DNA of 64,000 nucleotides, taken from Alphaproteobacteria bacterium (GTDB lineage Bacteria > Pseudomonadota > Alphaproteobacteria > SMXQ01). The position numbers were made by a program, and so were the translations under genes. Where the stretch lies: the NCBI GenBank assembly GCA_030831315.1, contig JAURLI010000072.1:20-64019 (forward strand). Reading direction: 5' to 3'. Each line of letters begins with the position of its first letter. Positions within the stretch are counted from its first letter, which is position 1. The notes under the pieces were generated by a model. That model made no database searches. It was not told where the DNA came from and worked only from the letters and a program-made list of their open reading frames with translations. Of this stretch, positions 60,059 to 64,000 are shown in pieces.

Positions 60059-61879
60059 ATGAAACCAACGGATACGTCCGATCCCGACTACTTTCACCGG
60101 GTCGTGGATTGCCAGTGGGCCTGTCCGGCCCATACACCGGTTCCCGAATACATTCGGTTGATCGCCCAGGGTCGCTTCGCCGACGCCTACCTGGTCAACC
60201 GCCAGTCCAACGTTTTCCCGGGCATTCTCGGGCGCGTCTGCGACCGGCCCTGCGAACCCGCCTGCCGCCGCGGCCGGCTGGGTGCCGAGGAAAAGCCGGT
60301 CGCCATCTGCCGCCTGAAGCGCGTCGCCGCCGACCATCGCGGCGACGTGACCGAGCACCTGCCCAAGGCGCCGGAACAGAAGAACGGCAAGCGCGTGGCG
60401 CTGGTCGGCGCCGGCCCCGCTTCGCTGACGGTGGCCAATGACCTGGCCCAGATCGGCTATGCCTGCACCATTTTCGAAGCCCTCGACAAACCGGGCGGGC
60501 TGATGCGTTCCAACATTCCGTCCTTCCGTCTGCCCGCGCAGGTTCTGGATGACGAAATCGGCTACGTCGTCGGCATGGATGTCGACCTGCGCCTCGGCAC
60601 CCCGGTCAAGAGCATGAAGGCGCTGCTGGCCGAGGGCTATGATGCCGTCTTCGTCGGTTCCGGCGCGCCCAAGGGCAAGAATCTCGATCTGCCCGGCCGC
60701 GAGGAAGCCGCCGCCAATATCCATATCGGCATCCAGTGGCTGGAATCGGTTGCCTTCGGGCACATCAATTCGGTCGGCAAGCGCGTGCTGATTATCGGCG
60801 TCGGCAATACGGCGATGGACTGCTGCCGGTCCTCGCTCCGGCTCGGCGCCACCGACGTCAAGGTCATGGCGCGCAAGCCGCGCGCCTTCTTCAAGGCTTC
60901 CGAATGGGAGCTCGAGGACGCCGAGGAAGAAAACGTCGAGATCGTCATCAACCACTCGCCCAAGTCCTTCGTCGTGAAGGACGGCAAGCTCGCCGGCATG
61001 ATGTTCGAAAAGATCGAATACAGCTTCGATGCGAAGGGCGAAATCACCGATCAGCAAGTCGTCGAGGACGTCTTCTTTCCGGCCGACGACGTGGTGCTGG
61101 CGATCGGCCAGGACAATGCCTTCCCGTGGATCGAGCGCGATCTCGGTATCGAGTTCGGCAAGTGGGAAGTGCCTGTTGTCGACAAGAAGACCTTCCAGTC
61201 CACCCGCCCCGAGGTGTTCTTTGGCGGCGATGCTGCCTTCGGCCCCGCCAACATCATCTGGGCGGTGGAGCACGGCCACCAGGCCGCGATTTCCATCCAT
61301 CGCCATTGCATGGGCGAGAGCGTTTCCGACCGCCTGCCGCGCGGGGTGACGCTCGCCTCCACCAAGATGGGCATGCACGAGTGGAGCTATTCCAACGATT
61401 TCGATCCTTCGGCCCGGCGCAAGATGCAGCACGTCGAACTGAAGCGCCGCTTCGAAAAGCTCGATGTCGAAGTCGAACTGGGCTTCACTGCTGACGAAGC
61501 GGCGACCGAGGTCGAACGCTGCCTCAACTGCGACATCCAGACCGTGTTCATGCCGCAGCTCTGCACCGAATGCGATGCCTGCATTGATATCTGCCCGGTC
61601 GACTGCCTGACCATCACCCCCGACGGCGAGGAAGCCGATGTACTGAAGCGCCTGTCGGCCCCGGTCGAGAACCCGGGTCAGGCGGTTTTCGCCTCCGTGC
61701 CGCTCAAGCTCACGGGGCGCATCATGGTCAAGGACGAGAACGTCTGCCTGCATTGCGGCCTGTGCGCCGAGCGCTGCCCGACCGCGGCCTGGGACATGCA
61801 GAAATCGAGCATCGATATCCCCTATGCGTCCGATGAACTTGGAGGAAACACACCGTGTCAGCAGCGCAAGGCCGGCTGA
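60059..61879 (+). CDS. GltD-like NAD(P)H-dependent FAD oxidoreductase fused to a C-terminal 2x[4Fe-4S] ferredoxin domain
   Basis: 606 aa. N-terminal Fe-S region CQWACPAHTPVPEYI...GRVCDRPCEPAC, dinucleotide folds VALVGAGPASL and VLIIGVGNTAMDC, C-terminal CLNCD...CTECDACIDICP and CLHCGLCAERCP. Confidence 0.85.
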   Translation: MKPTDTSDPDYFHRVVDCQWACPAHTPVPEYIRLIAQGRFADAYLVNRQSNVFPGILGRVCDRPCEPACRRGRLGAEEKPVAICRLKRVAADHRGDVTEHLPKAPEQKNGKRVALVGAGPASLTVANDLAQIGYACTIFEALDKPGGLMRSNIPSFRLPAQVLDDEIGYVVGMDVDLRLGTPVKSMKALLAEGYDAVFVGSGAPKGKNLDLPGREEAAANIHIGIQWLESVAFGHINSVGKRVLIIGVGNTAMDCCRSSLRLGATDVKVMARKPRAFFKASEWELEDAEEENVEIVINHSPKSFVVKDGKLAGMMFEKIEYSFDAKGEITDQQVVEDVFFPADDVVLAIGQDNAFPWIERDLGIEFGKWEVPVVDKKTFQSTRPEVFFGGDAAFGPANIIWAVEHGHQAAISIHRHCMGESVSDRLPRGVTLASTKMGMHEWSYSNDFDPSARRKMQHVELKRRFEKLDVEVELGFTADEAATEVERCLNCDIQTVFMPQLCTECDACIDICPVDCLTITPDGEEADVLKRLSAPVENPGQAVFASVPLKLTGRIMVKDENVCLHCGLCAERCPTAAWDMQKSSIDIPYASDELGGNTPCQQRKAG

Positions 61880-63672
61880 ACGACTTCGTCGTCAAGATCG
61901 CAACGGCCAACGGCACCGGTTCGGCGAGCGCCAACGGGCTGCTCCTGAAGGCGTTCTTTCGCATGGGCATTCCCGTGGTGGGCAAGAACTACTTCCCGTC
62001 CAACATTCAGGGCATGCCCACCTGGTACGAAATCCGCGTCACCCGCGACGGCTTTACGGCGCGCTCGGGCGAGGTCGATCTCATGATCGCCATGAACGCC
62101 GAGACTTACGCTCAGGACGTCAAGGAAGTCGCCCCGGGCGGCTACCTCGTCTATGACGCGACCTGGCCGCGCCAGAAGACCCTGTCGCGCCCCGACATCA
62201 CCGTGATCGGCATCCCGCTCGCCCAGATGGTGAACGATTCCTTCGCCAATGCCCGCGTGCGCATCCTGATGAAGAACATGGCCTATGTCGGCGCGCTGGC
62301 CGCACTGGTCAACATCGAGATGGACGTCATCCGCGGCCTGATCGAGGAAATGTTCGCCGGCAAGCCCAAGCTGATCCCCGCCAACATGCAGGCGATCGAG
62401 CTCGGCTACAACTGGGTGAAGGAAAACATCGCTTCGCCGCTGCCGCTGCGCGTCGAGCGCTTGGACAAGACCAAGGGCCACATCATGATCGACGGCAACA
62501 CCGCCGCCGGGCTCGGCTGCGTCTATGCGGGCGCGACCGTCGGCGCGTGGTACCCGATCACGCCGTCGACCTCGCTGATGGACGCCTACAAGTCGTTCTG
62601 CGCCAAGCTGCGCACAGACAAGGAAACCGGCGAGAAGCGCTACATCATCGTTCAGGGCGAAGACGAGCTGTCTTCGGCCGGCATCACGCTGGGGGCGGGC
62701 TGGACGGGTGCCCGTGCCTTCACGACGACGTCGGGGCCCGGAATTTCGCTGATGAGCGAGCTGGTCGGCCTCGCCTATTACTCCGAAGTGCCGATGGTGC
62801 TGTTCGACATCCAGCGCGTCGGACCGTCGACGGGCATGCCGACGCGTACCCAGCAGGGCGACCTGCAGATCTGCGCCTATGCCTCGCACGGCGACACCAA
62901 GCATGTCTGCCTCTATCCGGCCGACCCGCGCGAATGCTTCGAGATGGCGGTCAATGCCTTCGACCTGGCCGAACGCCTGCAAACGCCCGTGTTCGTCGTA
63001 TCCGATCTCGACGTCGGCATGAACGACTGGATGGTGCCGGACCTGACCTGGGACGATTCCTACCGGCCCGACCGCGGCAAGGTCCTGTCGGATGCGGAAC
63101 TGGAAAAGATCACCAAGTTCTCGCGTTATCTCGATGTCGACGGTGACGGCATTCCCTACCGCACCCTGCCCGGCTGCCACCCCAAGGGCGCCAACTTCAA
63201 CCGCGGCGCCGGCCACAACAAATGGGGCGGGCGCACGGAACTGAGCGACGAATACCAGGACGTCATGGACCGGTTGCTGGTGAAGTGGCGGACGGCTTCG
63301 ACCCTCGTGCCCAAACCCGAAATCATCAAGGCTGCCAGCGGCACGAACTGGGGCATCCTGACCGTCGGCAGTTGCGACGGCGCCTGCAAGGAAGCCCTCG
63401 CGCGCCTCGCCGACAAGGGCATCGGCGTCGATTACCTGCGGGTCAAGGGCTTCCCCTTCTCCGCCGAAGTCGAGGCCTTCCTCGCCTCCCATGAACGGGT
63501 CTTCGTCGTCGAACAGAACCGCGACGCCCAGCTGCGCGGCATGCTGCTGAATGAAACCGATGTCGAAAAAGCCAAAATGACGTCGGTGCTCAATTACGAC
63601 GGCATGCCCATGGATCATCGCACCATCGTCCGCGCCATCGAGGACGCGGTTGCCAAGGAGGCCGCGGCATGA
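61855..63672 (+). CDS. korA: 2-oxoacid:ferredoxin oxidoreductase alpha (fused gamma/alpha) subunit
   Basis: 605 aa, GTG start after GGAGGA. The N-terminal gamma-like segment is VVKIATANGTGSASANGLLLKAFFRMGIPVVGKNYFPSNIQGMPTWYEIRV, followed by an alpha domain (GNTAAGLGCVYAGATVGAWYPITPST). Confidence 0.85.
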   Translation: MSAAQGRLNDFVVKIATANGTGSASANGLLLKAFFRMGIPVVGKNYFPSNIQGMPTWYEIRVTRDGFTARSGEVDLMIAMNAETYAQDVKEVAPGGYLVYDATWPRQKTLSRPDITVIGIPLAQMVNDSFANARVRILMKNMAYVGALAALVNIEMDVIRGLIEEMFAGKPKLIPANMQAIELGYNWVKENIASPLPLRVERLDKTKGHIMIDGNTAAGLGCVYAGATVGAWYPITPSTSLMDAYKSFCAKLRTDKETGEKRYIIVQGEDELSSAGITLGAGWTGARAFTTTSGPGISLMSELVGLAYYSEVPMVLFDIQRVGPSTGMPTRTQQGDLQICAYASHGDTKHVCLYPADPRECFEMAVNAFDLAERLQTPVFVVSDLDVGMNDWMVPDLTWDDSYRPDRGKVLSDAELEKITKFSRYLDVDGDGIPYRTLPGCHPKGANFNRGAGHNKWGGRTELSDEYQDVMDRLLVKWRTASTLVPKPEIIKAASGTNWGILTVGSCDGACKEALARLADKGIGVDYLRVKGFPFSAEVEAFLASHERVFVVEQNRDAQLRGMLLNETDVEKAKMTSVLNYDGMPMDHRTIVRAIEDAVAKEAAA

Positions 63673-64000
63673 CTTACATCCGCAAGCCCAATATCGCCTA
63701 CAAGGGCCGCGCCACCAACACGCTCGGCCTAACCGAAGCCTCCTACGAAGGCGCCATGTCGACGCTATGCGCCGGTTGCGGCCACGATTCGATCACCGCC
63801 GCCATGACGCGGGCGTTTTTCGAGCTCGGCATTCCGCCCAACCGCGCGGTGAAGGTTTCAGGCATCGGCTGCTCGTCCAAGACGACCGCCTATTTCCTCT
63901 CCCAGTCCCACGGCTACAACACCGTGCACGGCCGCATGCCCTCGATCACCACCGGAGCGTCGGCCGCCAACAGCGAGTTGCACTACGTCGGCGTGTCGGG
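63669..64000 (+). CDS. korB: 2-oxoacid:ferredoxin oxidoreductase beta (ThDP-binding) subunit, 5' part only
   Basis: The start overlaps the korA stop (ATGA). My translation is MTYIRKPNIAYKGRATNTLGL...LCAGCGHDSITAAMTRAFFELGIPPNRAVKVSGIGCSSKTTAYF..., typical of KorB N-termini. It runs off the window. Confidence 0.8.
   Translation, partial: MTYIRKPNIAYKGRATNTLGLTEASYEGAMSTLCAGCGHDSITAAMTRAFFELGIPPNRAVKVSGIGCSSKTTAYFLSQSHGYNTVHGRMPSITTGASAANSELHYVGVS

Noticed and set aside
48605-63618. Antisense ORFs 48605..50002 (-), 59954..61753 (-) and 61858..63618 (-).
   Set aside because: These are shadows of UbiD-F, the GltD-like fusion and korA, with low-complexity translations.

Overview
Visibly GC-rich, very gene-dense proteobacterial chromosomal segment. 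The expansion of TctC/Bug-type binding proteins suggests an alpha- or betaproteobacterium, but I cannot assign a taxon. I call 54 protein-coding genes, two of them truncated by the window edges. I found no rRNA, tRNA, CRISPR array, transposase, integrase or obvious repeat element. Many long ORFs in the supplied track are antisense shadow ORFs or N-terminal over-extensions typical of high-GC DNA; I trimmed starts where a paralog alignment plus a Shine-Dalgarno sequence supported it.

Content from left to right:
(1) 1-2.4 kb: a signal-less NMT1/THI5-like protein next to a TctC-like binding protein that carries an extra C-terminal domain.
(2) 2.6-9.2 kb: a LysR regulator with two tandem HTH domains, divergent from tctCBA plus a PrpF-family (GalD-like) isomerase and a PIG-L/LmbE-family (GalB-like) hydratase.
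(3) 9.2-14.6 kb: 2-hydroxyacid dehydrogenase, aldehyde dehydrogenase, GST and a ThDP enzyme.
(4) 14.6-19.4 kb: a protocatechuate branch operon, pcaHGIJBC.
(5) 19.6-53.1 kb: the striking part, a modular accessory-looking catabolic island. It holds six UbiD-family decarboxylase paralogs, seven further TctC-like binding proteins (four with C-terminal poly-lysine tails) and a TctA-TctB fusion permease. It also holds three gentisate-dioxygenase-like bicupins, four paralogs of a different bicupin (three in a translationally coupled tandem array) and three TenA/PqqC/CADD-like (heme-oxygenase-fold, putative di-iron) proteins. A mini-Rieske ferredoxin, an amidohydrolase_2 enzyme and two IclR regulators complete it. 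No UbiX and no CoA ligase is present.
(6) 53.1-59.7 kb: photolyase, an Fe(III)/AfuA-type ABC importer and one more TctC-like protein with an internal K6 insertion.
(7) 60-64 kb: a GltD-like/ferredoxin fusion followed by korA and a partial korB.

All functional calls rest on motif and family recognition by eye. No database search was possible.
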